Part shown: in pieces, positions 55,145 to 56,310 of the stretch | Layout of the letters: each line of letters begins with the position of its first letter | How positions within the stretch are numbered: position 1 is the first letter of the stretch | Source: a virus | Length of the DNA: 56,310 nt | IMG/VR virus record: IMGVR_UViG_3300024983_000001 | Span: 200,745 to 257,054 of that record | Direction: 5' to 3' (one strand) | Notes under the pieces: generated by a model | The model's database searches: none | What the model was told of the DNA's origin: nothing | What the model saw: only the letters and a program-made list of their open reading frames with translations | Translations under genes and position numbers: made by a program

Positions 55145-55858
55145 TTATATTGGTGGCCGACTGTCACGGTTAATTGGGCTAACAGAATAGGTGAAGTTAA
55201 CACCAGTTGCAGTGCCGGTGGGTGTTAATGTATTCAAAAGACCTGATAAATCCGTAATAGATGTAGCGGCATTGCCAATCACACCTTCCTTACAAAGATA
55301 GCTTGCAGCTCGCTGATATACTAAACCGTCTTTATCACCACCAGTTGAGTAAGCAGTCAAAATTTCATCAGCTGATAGTTCACGCGCAAAGTAGTTAATA
55401 TCATCAACAGCAAAGTTACCAGTTTCATTTGTTCCGCCTGTAGGGTAACCATTTATATAAACTGCAGTTACTGTGCCGGATTGTTGTGCTGTAGTGGATG
55501 AATTGGCAAATTGTCCATTAATGTATAATTTGTGGGTTGTTCCGTTGTATGTATAAGCAACATGGCACCAATCGTTACTTGTGGGTGTGACTAATCCTGC
55601 TGATGACACGAGATAAGTGCCACCCCACGTCCAAATAATAACATTACCCGTATCTGTTCCACCACGTGTACCAATTTGTATGGCTGTACCACCACTGGTA
55701 GCTGTGTTGTATGTACCAAGGATACTCAACGTAGTACCAATATTCCAATTCACATTAATCCAAGCCATTAATGTAACAGGTTGCAAAGCATTTATGCTTA
55801 ACAATCCTGTTTGACTTGCTAAATGATAATCAACTGAGCCTGGTGACGTTATAGCCAT
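55145..55858 (-). CDS. LamG/concanavalin A-like domain protein (putative receptor-binding)
   Basis: TLMAWI, W.HVAYTYNG..KLYING, F..DD...RELSADEI. Confidence 0.82.
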   Translation of the reverse strand: MAITSPGSVDYHLASQTGLLSINALQPVTLMAWINVNWNIGTTLSILGTYNTATSGGTAIQIGTRGGTDTGNVIIWTWGGTYLVSSAGLVTPTSNDWCHVAYTYNGTTHKLYINGQFANSSTTAQQSGTVTAVYINGYPTGGTNETGNFAVDDINYFARELSADEILTAYSTGGDKDGLVYQRAASYLCKEGVIGNAATSITDLSGLLNTLTPTGTATGVNFTYSVSPINRDSRPPI

Positions 55859-55866
55859 AATATATC

Positions 55867-56310
55867 CTACGTGAACGAAAGAGTTAACTCATTCATCAAC
55901 CAGTTATAAGCTAAATTCCCTGCAACACCAACATTACGTGTCAATTCAAATTGATACAAATTGCCAGCTGTTAATGCTAATGAGGACAATGTAATTGTTT
56001 GTGTGTAATATTGTACGTATGCATTGGTTGGCACAGTAACTGCTGTTAAATTGGTACCTGCTGTCCACGAACCGACAGCAGCATTATTTGGAATGTTTCG
56101 TGTATACAGTTTCATTTGCAATGCAGCAGCAGCGGCTGGGGCAGTAGTTGTTCGCCCTCTGTACGATATAGTCATCGAAGTAGCGCCAGATGGAATAGGC
56201 ACATACATACCCACACCTTGTTCAGTGGTATTAGAAAACTGACGAACGTTCATAGCTGGGCGCGTTGGATCAGACACAGTTGGTGCTAGTGCATTAATAA
56301 CCCAGTCGGC
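55867..56310 (-). CDS. partial structural protein (3' end; start outside the window)
   Basis: The frame stays open to the window edge; Thr/Ala-rich beta-sandwich-like sequence. Confidence 0.6.
   Translation of the reverse strand, partial: ADWVINALAPTVSDPTRPAMNVRQFSNTTEQGVGMYVPIPSGATSMTISYRGRTTTAPAAAAALQMKLYTRNIPNNAAVGSWTAGTNLTAVTVPTNAYVQYYTQTITLSSLALTAGNLYQFELTRNVGVAGNLAYNWLMNELTLSFT

Noticed and set aside
1-56310. Stop-codon reassignment
   Set aside because: Conserved genes are intact under the standard code, end in TAA, TAG or TGA, and no suppressor tRNA was seen
1-56310. CRISPR array, diversity-generating retroelement or integrase
   Set aside because: I saw no regularly spaced direct repeats, reverse transcriptase or recombinase; the recurring repeats are coding fibre motifs

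Overview
This window is a 56.3 kb segment of a large (jumbo) T4-like/RaK2-like myophage genome. The left part (1-16.3 kb, mostly + strand) holds 14 tRNA genes in two clusters, interspersed with free-standing endonucleases and at least three stem-closed non-tRNA RNA candidates. It also carries tRNA/RNA repair genes (CCA-adding enzyme, two HAD phosphatases, a 2H phosphoesterase), a 7-deazaguanine-type module (QueD-like and TGT/DpdA-like genes, with FolE2 further on), a PAS-GGDEF diguanylate cyclase and nucleotide-metabolism genes. The right part (mostly - strand) holds fibre/baseplate-like structural genes and the replication/recombination core: clamp loader, UvsW, UvsY, UvsX, gp32, a tandem GroES and a DnaE-type polymerase core split into two distant mini-genes. 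The most striking system is at 28.8-35.8 kb. A late-promoter operon, directly upstream of fibre genes, encodes four overlapping radical-SAM enzymes (three with SPASM-type domains), an unknown 320-aa protein and a 70-aa peptide ending in CNCNCNCAC. That peptide shares a helix-HxH module with the 125-aa gene before it. The arrangement suggests a phage RiPP-like system, possibly for post-translational modification of a virion component. All calls come from motif recognition by eye; no database search was run.
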